Part shown: positions 12,701 to 24,789 of the stretch, piece after piece | Layout: every line of letters begins with the position of its first letter | Numbering within the stretch: the stretch's first letter is position 1 | Assembly (NCBI GenBank): GCA_964016885.1 | Contig: OZ024743.1 | Span: 316,696,001 to 316,760,000 of the forward strand | Direction of reading: 5' to 3' | From: Eledone cirrhosa | Taxonomy: Eukaryota | DNA length: 64,000 nucleotides | Translations under genes and position numbers: made by a program | Notes under the pieces: generated by a model | The model's database searches: none | Told to the model about the DNA's origin: nothing | What the model saw: the letters and a program-made list of their open reading frames with translations, nothing else

Positions 12701-13389
12701 GATGGGTTTCACCAATTTTAAGACAAAAAATGTCCTAGAAATTATGTATGTTAATATGGCAGCCCTCCAACATCACCTGGAATAACAGGCCCATGCATGC
12801 ATATGTATATATGTGTGTGAATATAATAACTTCTCTCACCAATTGCTATCAACTTACTGGGATTGAACCAACAAGAAACCCTGTATGTGGTTGCTCAACA
12901 TATGAGTAATAACAGCTAAATTTCTATCAAACTACACCCTTCTATCTGAAACAGTCATCGACCCCTTTTTCAAGCAGTGGGCTGCATAGTATGTGGCTCA
13001 TCATGAGGCAGGTCATACTAGTAAACAATTCAGAAAGCCAAACGGGCTGCAGGTGGCCAGAGTTTGCCCATGACTGGTCTAAAATAAAGAAAAGTTCATT
13101 AGACAATGCATAATCAAGAATACACAAAGGGTACTCTAGAACATCTTTGATCATAAGTCTAGCAGGATCAGAGATAAATTACAAATTCCTCTGGTTCTAT
13201 GAAATTGTCATACTTTCATGTTTTTGGCAAGGTGTTTCTGGCTGGATGCCCTTCCTATCACCAACCACTTTATAGTGTTGACTGGGGACATTATTTGTGC
13301 CCCAGCACTAGAGAGGTTGTCTTACTGGACTAAGAGTTCTCTCCACTGAGTGTCTACTCTCCTAGATGGGTTGCCTTCACTACGGCTTG

Positions 13390-13580
13390 CGGGGACACTA
13401 TAGCAAGAAAAGTGACTGTTAACATCATAGTGAAGGGTAGACTCCATGATGCCTATGTGCAAACCGCAATGTTACATGGCAGTGAAACATCGGCCTTGAC
13501 TGCAGAATACCTGCAGAGGCTAGAAAAAGATGAGTCAATTATGCTCTGATGGATGTGTAATGTTAGTGTACATGAACACT
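13390..13580 (+). pseudogene. RTE-clade LINE ORF remnant, left part
   Basis: Translates VKGRLHDAYVQTAMLHGSETSALTAEYLQRLEKDESIML*WMCNVSVH, resembling the RTE post-RT YGSETW..MLRW region. Confidence 0.75.
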
Positions 13581-15339
13581 GAGGGAGCCGGGATCATCTG
13601 CTTGAGGCCTACCTCAGCTGAGCCCCCTCTGCCTACCCGCTGGCCTACCTCTCATATGGAGCCCCGAGCATGCTCCTAGCTGCTGATACGGTCATACCCT
13701 CGGCTACTGGGGTCCAACAGGGTGACCCTTTGGGACCCCTCCTGTTTGCCCTTGGTATTGACCACATCGCCCGGAGTATCACGGCCTCTCTCAACGTTTG
13801 GTATCTGGATGATGCTACGTTGGGCGGGCCTGTATGGACGGTCTGCCATGACCTTCAATCAGTGATTCTTGCCCTGGCGGGAATTGGCCTCCAGGTCAAC
13901 TCGGCCAAGTTGGAGGTGGTGAACGTCAGCCTGGATGCTACGAGCTTTGCAGCCTCCGTCTTGGATGTGCGGTCCATTCTCCGCCAGGTTCAGGTGACCC
14001 CCAAAAAGAATGTCCTCATCCTTGGGTCACCGATCCACCCGCCGGCCATCCGCTCCATCATCAGGTCCAGGCTTCAACAGCTCCAGACTCTCACAAGCCG
14101 ACTGGGCTTGATTGACAGCCACCCAGCTTTCTTTCTGCTGAGGAACTGCTTCGCCATGCTGAAGCTCCTCTATACACTCCGCAGTGCTCCATGCTACACC
14201 CAGACATCTCTCCTCGCTGACCTCGATACTTGTATCCAAGCAGCAGCCGAAGAGATATGCAACGTCAACTTTGACGACATAGGGTGGCAACAGGCCATTT
14301 TACCAGTCAGGTATGGCGGCCTTGGCCTCCGGTCCCCGATCTCACTATCTTTGCCAGCATATCTTTCGTCGGTAACCTCGTGCCGCGTCCTCGTCAGCAG
14401 GGTTCTTCAAAACACAACAGAACCCTCTGTGTTCAGAGAACGTGAAGCCGCCTGTGAGACATGGGACCGGCTGGGACTTAGCCCATTAGACATCCTTCCT
14501 CCTTCTCCCTTTGTTGACGTCAAGTCCCCCCAACACACTTGGGATGCCATCCAGTGCAGCCTGGCCTCAGACAGGCTCACGCGCCAGCTCGACCAGCACC
14601 GCCTTGCTTGTTTTCGTGCGGCCTCCAAACCCCACAGCGGTGCCTGGCTCCATGCCCTGCCCTCCTTCTCCACTGGCACGCAGCTAGACAACCATAGCCT
14701 GCGAATCAGCGTTTCTCTGAGGCTCGGCCTCCGGATCTGCCAGCCACACCAATGTCGCTGCGGTTCCACCATGGACTCTTTCGGCCTCCACCCACTTTCC
14801 TGTCACCGCAGTGCCGGCCGCATTCCACGTCATGCTGCCCTCAACGAGGTCATTAAGCATGGCTTGGATGCTGCAGGCTTCCCTTCCCAGCTCGAGCCGG
14901 TGGGACTGGATCGAGGGGACGGCAAAAGGCCAGATGGCATGACCATCTTCCCGTTCCGCGGTGGCAAACCCCTCGTCTAGGATGCCTCTTGCACCGAGAC
15001 TTTCTGCAGCCGCAACCTGGTGCAGTCTGCGACTGACCCAGGTTCTGCTGCACGTCGAGCTGAGGGGGCCAAACTCCTCAAATACCGGTCGCTCTCCGAC
15101 AGGTTTGCGGTTGTTCCCCTGGCAGTGGAGACTTCTGGTGTCCTCGGCCCCAGGGCTACCTCCTTACTCACCACCATAGGTGCTGAGCTGGCCAGCCACA
15201 GGTGTGAGCCCCGCGAGCTGGAGTGGCTTTTCCAGCGCGTCTCCCTTTCCGTCCTCCGAGTAAACACCTTCTCCATTCTGTCCACCGGGGCTGTGGGTGG
15301 GCCCCATCGCGTACCAATGCATTAGTTAAATACCATTCT
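13580..15339 (+). mobile_element. 5'-truncated CRE-like non-LTR retrotransposon (RT + CCHC + restriction-like endonuclease); 3' UTR continues at 19534-19550
   Basis: GVQQGDPLGPLLF, WYLDD, GGLGL, CRCG..HPLSC zinc motif, RHAALN, RPDG..LV*DASC (PD-(D/E)xK); premature stops at ~13619 and 14978. Confidence 0.92.
13670..15325 (+). pseudogene. RT-RLE ORF of CRE-like element (one internal TAG at 14978-14980)
   Basis: ORFs 13670-14980 and 15020-15325 read as consecutive parts of one protein; the copy at ~37515 has TGG (W) where this one has TAG. Confidence 0.85.
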
Positions 15340-15561
15340 TGTGGTTAGAAAAAGCTATCTCACTTACCGCTTTTCATAGGCGCCGCTAAATCCCATGGCT
15401 GGTTTCTCCTCTTCCACGTGCGTCCAACTCATTAACACCCGGGAGCTGCTAAACTCGCGTCCACACCGTTCCTGGTCACCACTAGAGAGAGACCGATCTG
15501 CTGGCCCTTCCGGTCAAGCACTCCCCAGCTTCCGGTCACCGCACAACACACCATAGCCACA
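15340..15561 (-). repeat. 3' LTR (222 bp)
   Basis: Direct repeat of 19280-19533; adjacent to the polypurine tract. Confidence 0.95.
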
Positions 15562-15607
15562 CGCCCCCCCCCCCCCCCCACACACACCCCTGATCTCAAG
15601 GATCAAT

Positions 15608-17401
15608 TTACCCCCTCGTCCTTCTGCATATGAAAGTCTGCTGTCCAGGTTGGTGGTTTGCGACTTCTTTGCGATCTCCGCAGTGTTGGGGCGGCACTTT
15701 GGGTTTCCTCTTCCTCGGAGTCCGTTGACACTTGATTCTACGGACAGCCAGGACATGACGTGGTACTCCGTCCACGGACACATTGTTCTGGGAATTTACG
15801 GCCGTCACCGTTCCCCTTCCACATTGAGATGTGCAATGTGCATCTGGGGGCTTAACCCAGACTTCTTCGCCCAACTGCATGAATGCATTCTCTCTCCCCA
15901 CTGGCCGTTGTGGTGGCATGCACGGGTGCCGCCACTCGTATCTGAATACTGCTCTGTGTGGCACCGATTCCTCAACCTGTCCCACCCGAGGGGACATGTA
16001 CCAGAACACTGCCTCCATTGGTGAGATATGGCCCCACTCCGCCATTGCCTTGATCGTCCGGTGGTGTCGTTCCACAATTCCATCCCCGCTCGGCCTGTGT
16101 GCTGCACTGAAGAAACGGTCCACCTTCCATCCATCGAGCATCTCCCTCAGCGCCTCCGAGCGGAACGCTGCGCTGTTGTCCATCAGCAGTTCGTCCAAAG
16201 GGCCCCACTCCAAGAACACCTCTGTCAACGTCCGCATGATTTCCTCGGCCGTTCCAGTCTTCATCTCCCTCCATATCGCCATCCGTCCTGGTCTACAGTC
16301 GAGGTACGTTCCCTGTCGGTAGTGCGTTACATCCACCGCCAATCGCTTCCAGTCGCGATCCACCGGGAGGCTTCCCGTTTCGTGCACACCCGGGGCGGGA
16401 TCAATGGACTGACATCGGACGCAGCCTCTAACCACCCTTTGAACTCTGTGTCTGTTAACGTCCGAGTCGATTCTCCTGGCTAGGAACAGGGTCCTATCCA
16501 CTCCCATGTGGTGCATGTCATGCAACCCTTTCAGATCCGACTCGGTCAGCCGACATACGGCAGCTATCTCATCTTCTACCTCCTCCGGCACTTCCATCCA
16601 GGCTTTCTTCACCCTGGTTAAGACGTCCGCTCTATTTTTCTCTGAGGGCACGAAAACTACGCTCAGCCTCAGGTTGAACTCGGTGGCCAGCTCTCCTAAA
16701 GTTCTCAGGCGGCGCTTTATCAGCATCTCCGCCGCCCCTCTCGTTCGCACTCTCTTCTCACTGGTGAGTACTGATCTCACCCATCCGAGTACAGTAGCCA
16801 AGTCGGTGCGTATCTCGATGGTGCGCAGTCCCCACCTCAGGGCGAGGTTCACCCCTCTCAACACTGCGTCCAGTTCGGCCACATTGATGTGGTTGCAGTC
16901 GTCCTTCTTCCTAAGCCAGGCTGCATCCTCGACCTCAACATCTATCTCCAACGTGACACCCAGCGCTATGCTGCTGGCATCGCACCATACGGTCCCGCTC
17001 TGCGATTTGGGAACATACCAGCGTCCCCGCACTGGGTCGTCGGCCTTCACCCTCTCCACGATCTCCTGCATCATGGCCACCGTCCTCTCTCCCACTCTGT
17101 CACTCCAAGTCACCCCTCCCGCTCGTCTCTTGACAGAGCTGCATGCCGTCCGGAGCCACCCAGCAATAGAGTAGTGACCCACCAACTTTCCACACACCGA
17201 GAAAAGCTCCCGCCTACTCATACTTGGGCCCAGTTCTGGAACTTCATTTCCCCTCTGGAATACCAAGACGCCCGTCCCGTCTCGCCGTAGCCTAAGTCCC
17301 AGCGCGGCTCCTCCTTCCAACGCTTCTGACGGCTTCGCAGCCAGTCCATACCCCTGTAAATGGCTCGTGACCTCCGCCGCCGACACTACAGACTCGTCCA
17401 C
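15608..17401 (-). pseudogene. pol: Pol C-terminal part: RT end, RNase H, integrase
   Basis: RNase H WCDAS..INVAEL..IRTD..NRADVL; integrase HDMHH..CVRC, LAVD, LMDN, IVERHHRTIK. Confidence 0.9.
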
Positions 17402-18345
17402 TAGGATGTTGTCAAGTAGGAGTTAGTGGCCCTCTTCATCTTGTCGGCCTTTCCCAGAATGGTCTTGAGGACCGCCGCCATGATCTTCGGTGCGGAGCTC
17501 AGCCCGAAACCGAGCCTGGTCAGGCAATATGTCCGGCCCTTATACCTGACCAGCTGATACTGCCAGAGCTTCTCATCTATATGCAATTGCAAGTATGCCG
17601 ACTTTAGATCTACGATTGCTGAACCCCCCGTCATGCGTCTCCACTCACGCAGGATTTCGTCACAGACATCCGTGACCTCGCCACCCGTGTGGCATGACAC
17701 GTACTCGTTCAGCTCCCGAAAGTCCAGCACCGGCCTCACCTTGTTCTTCGTGAGTTGCGCCACCGCCATTAACAGCAATACTCCGCACTTCACCTCCTCT
17801 TTCCAGGGAAGCAGTATGCCCTCCCCAATCCATCTCTCTACCTCTCGCTCCTAATGTCTCCCTTCAATGTGTGTTGATAGCAGCCCACTTTGGTCTTCAG
17901 TGTTGGTGGTTCTCCCTTCCAGTACCACTCAACAACCCATCGAACACGGCCTTGAAGTCTTTGTCCTGCACAGTGTAAGCGGGGTATTTCTCCTCGTGGG
18001 CCTTCTGGTTCTCCTGTCGCGTACTCACAGCGCATACCGATGCAGCGCCGCCAAACGACACACCAACGTTGTTCACTGTGACGTCTCCTAGACGACCAAT
18101 TGCGTCCATGCCCATAACCACGCCGATCCCATCCACCATGTTGTCAACTACGATGGCAGAAAGCCTTATTTTCCTTCCCCGTACCGCCATCGCCACCTCG
18201 CTGCGACCTCGGCATTCAATTTTCCTGCCGTTGACTGCCCTTACGCTGCTCTTCCCTCTCCACCTCTGCGCCACCCCCGCGGTCACCAGTGTCGTCGTAC
18301 AGTCCGTGTCCACGAGGGCTCACTGTGGCTTTCCCCTCACGAAGA
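17402..18345 (-). pseudogene. pol: Aspartic protease and RT N-terminal part, frameshifted
   Basis: *ALVDTDCTTT (degenerate DTG), VVMGMD; KVRPVLDFRELN, DLKSAYLQL, TRLGFGLSSAP; YxDD region broken by frameshift at ~17415. Confidence 0.85.
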
Positions 18346-18399
18346 CTTCCACCACGGGCAGCGCCTCTACTCGTAAGGGGCAACTACCGGCGCAGTAGT

Positions 18400-19131
18400 T
18401 CCCTTTGGATTGGATCGTTTCCCTGGTCGCAGTTAGTAGCGATGTGGCCTGGTCGCTTACACCGGTAGCATATTATTTCCGGCCTTGACTCTCTACAGTC
18501 TCTCGCCATGTGCGGGCCCTGGCACCTAAAACAGCGACCTCTAAACGTTCGCGGGCGACCGCGTGCCGTGGTTGCCTCCCTTTCACCATTTCGCTGCCAG
18601 CTGTCTTGAGCCTCTGTAGTTGCTATCGCCGCGACACTTCTTGGCATCTTCTGCTATGATACGGGCTTGCTCCACCAGTGAACACATCTCCATTTCTTTG
18701 TAACCCGGGACTTGCTGCAGTTTCACTGCTATGTCGTCTGGAAATCCATTTATGAACGCCAACCGCACCGTGCGTTCGCATTCCACCTGATATCCAGCCA
18801 ACATGGCCAATCGCCGTATTTCCGCTGCGAAAATGTCAACGCGTTCACCGTTCCATCTAATTCTCGCCAGATTAGCAAAAGCGGCTAACGGTCCCTCTGC
18901 GAACGCTTCCATCATGCGCCTCTCAATCTTTTGCGCATCCCTTTGGCTGTGTTCATCCAACTCAAGGAAGAGTACCAACGCGTCCCCCTCGAGGTTCAGT
19001 GCCATGAGGCCAGCCACATCTTCTATCTTCTGATAGCTTGCGACCAGCCGGACTTTTCGCAGCCAAGCGACAACATCTCCTTCACCGGTAAATGCCCTAA
19101 TCGCTTCGCTCGTTCGTAGTCTCGTCGCCAT
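18400..19131 (-). pseudogene. gag: Short Gag with two CCHC zinc knuckles (one frameshift)
   Basis: ORF 18583-19131 plus CFRCQGPHMARDC and CYRCKRPGHIATNC in the overlapping ORF 18384-18647. Confidence 0.85.
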
Positions 19132-19212
19132 ATCCTAATTTGTCTTGCGGTACGTAATAAAAAAAAACAACAACAGACTCCTCTCTGTTTTTCCAGTAGC
19201 TTTGTTTTCGAG

Positions 19213-19245
<33 letters not shown>

Positions 19246-19279
19246 CAATCAGATCTCAGTTTCCAGTGTCGAAATAGCT

Positions 19280-19533
19280 TGTGGTTAGAAAAAGCTATCT
19301 CACTTACCGCTTTTCATAGGCGCCGCTAAATCCCATGGCTGGTTTCTTCTCTTCCACGTGCGTCCAACTCATTAACACCCGGGAGCTGCCAAACTCGCGT
19401 CCACACTGTTCCTGGTCACCACTAGAGAGAGACCGATCTGCTGGCCCTTCCGGTCGAGCACCCTTCCGGTCAAGCACTCTTCCGGTCGAGCACTCCCCAG
19501 CTTCTGGCCACCGCACACCATACCATATCCACA
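19280..19533 (-). repeat. 5' LTR (254 bp)
   Basis: Direct repeat of 15340-15561 with two extra 16-bp CCCTTCCGGTCRAGCA units. Confidence 0.95.
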
Positions 19534-19579
19534 ATTCTTTCATCTGATATATCTCTAAATTATATTTTGTACAATAATA

Positions 19580-19830
19580 AATTTAGAGAAATTGGTTGTA
19601 GTGTGCAAGAGAGAAGACTGTGTTGGTATGGACATGTGATGCACATGGAAGATAGCAGCTGCATAAAGAAATGCAGAGAAACCCCAGTGGCTGAGACCCA
19701 TGAAGACATGGGATGAGGTTGTAAAGACCGACCTTAAAAAGCTAAACCTTACAACAAAAATGACTAAAGATAGTGTGGACTGACACTATGCAGAGCTGAA
19801 GAAGACCCAACCTGCAGCTTACAATGTGAC
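19580..19830 (+). pseudogene. RTE-clade LINE ORF remnant, right part
   Basis: Translates ..CSVQERRLCWYGHVMHMEDSSCIKKCR..KTWDEVVKTDLKKL, the RL.W.GH..RM motif that follows the 13390-13580 segment in RTE proteins. Confidence 0.75.
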
Positions 19831-20844
19831 CTGACCTACTCTCCTCACTTCCACTAACACTCTCTAACAATTATTCTTAACTTCACTAATTTAACTTCCC
19901 TCCACACACACACACACACAATAGAACATGAGACCATACATAAGCAAGGCACAGGTCCCTGGCCTGCCTGGGAGATCTGTGGCTCCACGTCAGTACTGAC
20001 TTGGTCTGTATGGAACCATCCAACCCTTGCTAGCACGAAAGCGGACGTTAAAATGACGATGATGGTCGTTTCTGTCTATTCGTTGATAACACAAAAAAAA
20101 CATGGTAGAGAAAACTCCGGTGAAGGGAAGGGGGAACCCACTTCCGTTTTCCATTACAAAAAAAAACTCGATTGCGAGTGTTGGAGGTCAGACTAGTTGA
20201 TAGCACAGGAAAAAAAGGGGGGGGGGTACCACTGAAAAGGAAAAGATAGACGAAGCTCTATTCATGTTCATGTTTTTTTCCTATATTTGCAACATAAATA
20301 TTATAGAATATGATAACTTCAGTTTAGTGCCCTCCTCACCTACCCTCGACTTTGTTTCCACATAATTACACTTGATTAATGAAAATTTGCAAATATATAT
20401 TTTCCATGATGCAAATTACGAACATCTTTGAAAAAAATATTGTATATATTCCCGATCGTTAATGCTTTCATTTATTGAATACTTTCGATTTGTGTTATTG
20501 GAAATTATTTCTTCATACCATCCAATTTCACGTCGATAATATCCAGATTTTATACTGGAACGTAAAATATATATATTTTAAAATTACATCAATAAAATCA
20601 TAATGTCCTCATTGGAAGACGTATCTCTGCAAATTTCCATTTCAAAAAGATATCTATAATTAACAGCTTTTCACTAAAAACAATTCTTGTAATGTTATTT
20701 ATCTTGAGAAAGTATTGTGTGTAATGAAAGTACTCGCGGAGACGGAAAAACTTGAACAAAGGACCCTCTGATCAGGAGTACTTTACCCGATTTTATCAAC
20801 TATTGTTTATAGTCTAAAGTCTGTCATGAGCTGGAGGCTTATAA

Positions 20845-21100
20845 GGACGCTGCTTATTCCGGTTTCCGTAGCGTGAAATGACTGTGAGTACAAGACACCC
20901 ACTGGACAGAATGCCAGTCAATCGCAAAGATAAACCTCCAGCTATAGTTGTTGGTACTCATTTTCAGCTGAGTATACTGGAGCAACGTGAAATGATGTGT
21001 TTTTCTCAAGAACACAACACACAACCCAGTGCAGCTCGAAACCACGACATTATGATCATAAGTCCAACACCCTTACCACTAGGGCCACGCGCCTCCACTA
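20845..21100 (-). mobile_element. CORE-type SINE
   Basis: rc contains GGCGCGTGGCCCTAGTGGTAAGG A-box, GGTTTCGAGC B-box and TTCTTGAGAAAAACAC core. Confidence 0.7.
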
Positions 21101-21208
21101 CTGTTTATAGTGAAAGACTCTTATTATGGTCATTTGCGTTGGGGGACACACATTTCAAATTTGAAATTTTACAATGCTTTTTATGTCAACCACTTTCTTT
21201 ATACATTA

Positions 21209-21990
21209 CTAGCAGTAAAGCCCGGCGTTGCTCGGGGTCGCTCAGTAGCTGTGTTAAAGTTACAATGTTAAGTTTCTTTCTTGGCTTAAAAACTGTAGTG
21301 TCTACTGTGCAGACTTGCATGTGGTGTTTTTGATTAATATTCCCTCAACCAACAATATGCCTTATGAAGTTAAGAAAACATAACGATAACCCGAATGTTA
21401 TAACAAAAGAGGATGCTGGGGATAGAAACTGCACTGGTTATTTATTAACAAAGATCGAAAATGTAAACACTGCAACGCAGAGAAAAACATTAGCGTAACC
21501 AAATTATCAGTTATGTCTGTCTGCACGCCTATATCACCTCTCTGCACGACTGTCTGTCTGCACGCCTGAAATATTTGCTTGTTTTACGTAGTCTTTAAAT
21601 AGACTTGTTTTCAAGTAAAAATATTGTTTTAAAATGCTTTTAAATGGAAATGAAGCAAAACGGAAGCTTAGTGTTCGAACTGATGAATTTTGCAGGTCAA
21701 TATTTTGCTGGCTCGACAACTGTTAAAGCCAGCGTAATTTTTTACGTAAGACGCTCAATGTAAACAGAACAAAGGGAAATAACTGATAACTTACGCTCAA
21801 AAATCGATACATTATATTCGATTTCGTCACATAGGGTGGGTCAATTTGAAATTATTTTTTTTCCGATGTCTTCGCTAGGGCTCAATGTACAAGTATAGCA
21901 ATTTCGGTGCAATTCCGTGAGAGATTCTAAGAGGAGATGTGTGCCAAAAATCGATAGACAGACAGACAACCACAGTTTTATATATATAGA
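21209..21990 (-). mobile_element. Non-autonomous Helitron (~780 bp)
   Basis: Minus strand begins A|TCTATATATATAAAACTG and ends CCCGAGCAACGCCGGGCTTTACTGCTAG|T (hairpin + CTAG, A/T insertion site, no TSD). Confidence 0.88.
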
Positions 21991-22009
21991 TAGATTAATA
22001 AAGTTATGA

Positions 22010-22195
22010 CGGTGAATTGGCAGTATCGGTAGAGGGTTGGACGCCATGCTTTCTAGCATAGTTACGTCCCTTTACAATCTGAGTTCAAATCCAGCTGAGG
22101 TTAACTTTGCCTTTCATCCTTACGGGGTCAATAAAATAAAGTACCAGTAATGTACTGGGTAATTGCTGGCCTTGTGCCTAAAGTAGAAACAATTA
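22010..22195 (+). mobile_element. tRNA-derived SINE
   Basis: TGGCAGTATCGG A-box, GAGTTCAAATCC B-box, GCCTTTCATCCTTACGGGGTC.ATAAAATAAAGTACCAG body; copies at 29280, 31690, 46958. Confidence 0.85.
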
Positions 22196-23261
22196 TTAAT
22201 AAAGTTATGAGAAAATAAAATTTTTGGAAGGGGCGGGGCAATTAGACTGTAGTAATGTCCTAGAATCAAACAGTTACAACTGGGTATTGAAACTTCACTG
22301 TTAGGGCCGGACTTTCACCTGCTGAAGCCCGAAGCTATATGTAATTTGAGGCTCTTAAAAAAAATTCAGGTAAAAAAAAAGTTACATTATTATTTTTTAT
22401 ATTAATGTTAATGATAAATAATTTATATATATGTTTGTGTGTGTGTATATGTATATATATATGTATAATTTATAATGATTTAGTGCTAAAGAATAAAAAC
22501 TTGATAAAATAAAAATCCATTTTAAAAAATGAGGCTCCCAAGGGTATGTGGCCCTAAGCTATAGCTTATTTACCTTTGAAACCTTACTGTAGATTTGGCA
22601 TGTCGGTAGTCATATTAACATATGAAAGTGTTTCTGTGTTGGCTGATTTGGTTTTGACGATCCCAACTGATTAAATCACCAGACCTTTGATGTACATCTT
22701 GCTGTTATTGGATCTCCGTTGATTACGATGGTGACGAGTGTGCCAGTTGTTTGATCAACGTGTGTGTAACTGAACATTGCATTGAGACGTACAACAATAA
22801 CGAATTTCTAAAGAAGATTCAGTGTGACACAATGTGTGACAAGGCTGGCCCTTGGAATTACAAATAAAGCTTATTTTGGTAAATTTATAGAACACCTCTC
22901 CCGATTTCAATCGGAAATAATCATTTTTCTTCGGTTTTTCGTGGACTATCAACTAATCTGACCGCCAAACCTTCCGCAAAGGTTTTCCGAGGAAAGAGAC
23001 CTTTGCGGAAGGTTCGGAGGTCAGATTCGTCGATAACATGCGAAAAAAAAAGATAGAGAAAACTCCAGGGGTAGGAGGCACCGTTTTCCGAAAAAAAAAA
23101 TTCGATTGCGAATATATTGGAGGTCAAATTAGTTGATAACACATGATATAAAAAAAAACAAAAAAAAAAACAGGAAAAAAATTATTTCCCATTGAAATCG
23201 AGAGGGATGTTTTCCCTAATAATACTTTTATATATTTTTTTCTCAGTAATGTGATATAAAG

Positions 23262-23673
23262 CAGTGATTCTCAACGTGGACCATTAGGTCCACGAGTGGG
23301 TTTGAAAATGTTTTAAAATGGGCTCAGAGTTTGTTCAAGGAAAATAGATGGGCTTTGAAATTTTATTTTTTTCCCCCACTGGCGTAAAATTATGAAAATA
23401 CAAACTGCTTTACATTATTTCGAGGTTAACTTTGCCTTTCATCCTTACGGGGTCGATAAAATAAAGTACCAGTAATACACTGGGTAATTGCTGGCCTTGT
23501 GCCAAAAGTAGAAACAATTATTTACAATGTAGTCATTAGTCAGGATTTATATTTTCTACTACATTTTGCTTTTGTAAATAAAATGTATTTCTTGTTACAT
23601 GAAATATCTATTTGTGTTTATGTGAACCTGAACTTGGTTTGACGCCACAAGGAGAAAAGGTTGAAACATACTG
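23262..23673. mobile_element. hAT-type MITE with SINE fragment inserted (23420-23522)
   Basis: CAGTGATTCTCAAC ... GTTGAAACATACTG termini; degenerate 8-bp flanks ATATAAAG/AAATAAAA. Confidence 0.55.
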
Positions 23674-24789
23674 AAATAAAATATCTTGCTAAAAAGCATA
23701 ATACGCAGCCAGGAACCGAACTGACGATCGTGCGCTGAACATTCAATTCACTTACGTTTATGACTGAAAATACGAACACACGAAATTTCCATGAAGTCTG
23801 ACGTATCTTCTAGACAAAGGTCAAAGATATTCTAAGCTATTTAATTTTAGATTTTTGAAGACGACTAGAATCAGCTGTACGAAGAAAATAGTTACATCTT
23901 TGTTAAACAAAGATTCTTTGACCTCTTGACTGTGTCTATAGACATCAGAGACCAATATTCTGGCAGTTTGTCTCGGATTTTAGCTGTTACACATCACACA
24001 CAGGATGACAACGGTATGTATCTTCTCGCAGCTAAATGTAACTATCACAAAAGAATTGGTCGACTTTTGGTTAGTGTTAAGTCATATTTTAATTACTTAT
24101 TTTTAGAAACGTATGCATTTATTGAAAATTTAGAAGCTTCAACGTATTTTTTTCTACTATGATAAATAGTCTAACAAATTGGGCATAAACTCCCCTGAAC
24201 AGAAAAAATTGACAGTGTCAATACCATGAAAAGGAAAATTACTTACGACGGTGGGGACATAAAGATATCGGAAGAAAAAAAAAAACACCTGAAAATATAC
24301 TTTAATTAATGAAGAATTAGAGGGAGGGGTTAATGAAATGATTAATTCTTTCATAGCTAAGACACTAGGGCCAATTATGTAGTTCTTATCAGTGCTGGAT
24401 TTAGGACAAATGAGGCCCAGAAGGAGGTAAAAAAGAATTTTGACAGGAAGATATAGCGCTATAAGGTTTCACTTATGATTCCACCTGTGTACATATTCTT
24501 CTATAGAATATGTATTCGGTATATCTCTATCTCTCTATATATATAAAGCGGTAGATGTCTCTGTGTGTGTGTATGATTTTTATGCATTTCCACATTTCTC
24601 TACCGATTTTGATGAATTTTTTTCCAATGTGCTCCAAATTTACCAGGGCAGGTCAACACGTAATTATATTTGCCAAAAGTGTCCTGCTTCTATGAAAAGA
24701 AATCGATAAAACTAAATACATGCTGTAACCCTCTCTCTTACACGTTTCATTCCTCTCACTACTACCATCAAAAATATATGAAACTACAT

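Larger units (their letters stand above)
15340..19533 (-). mobile_element. Ty3/Gypsy LTR retrotransposon, full length, decayed
   Basis: TG...CA LTRs at 15340-15561 and 19280-19533, 5-bp TSD ATTCT (15335-15339, 19534-19538), G-rich PPT at 15562-15590 (minus), domain order gag-PR-RT-RH-IN. Confidence 0.96.

Noticed and set aside
15650-17290. Multiple plus-strand ORFs overlapping the Gypsy pol
   Set aside because: Antisense shadows of a GC-rich coding strand with no recognisable motifs.
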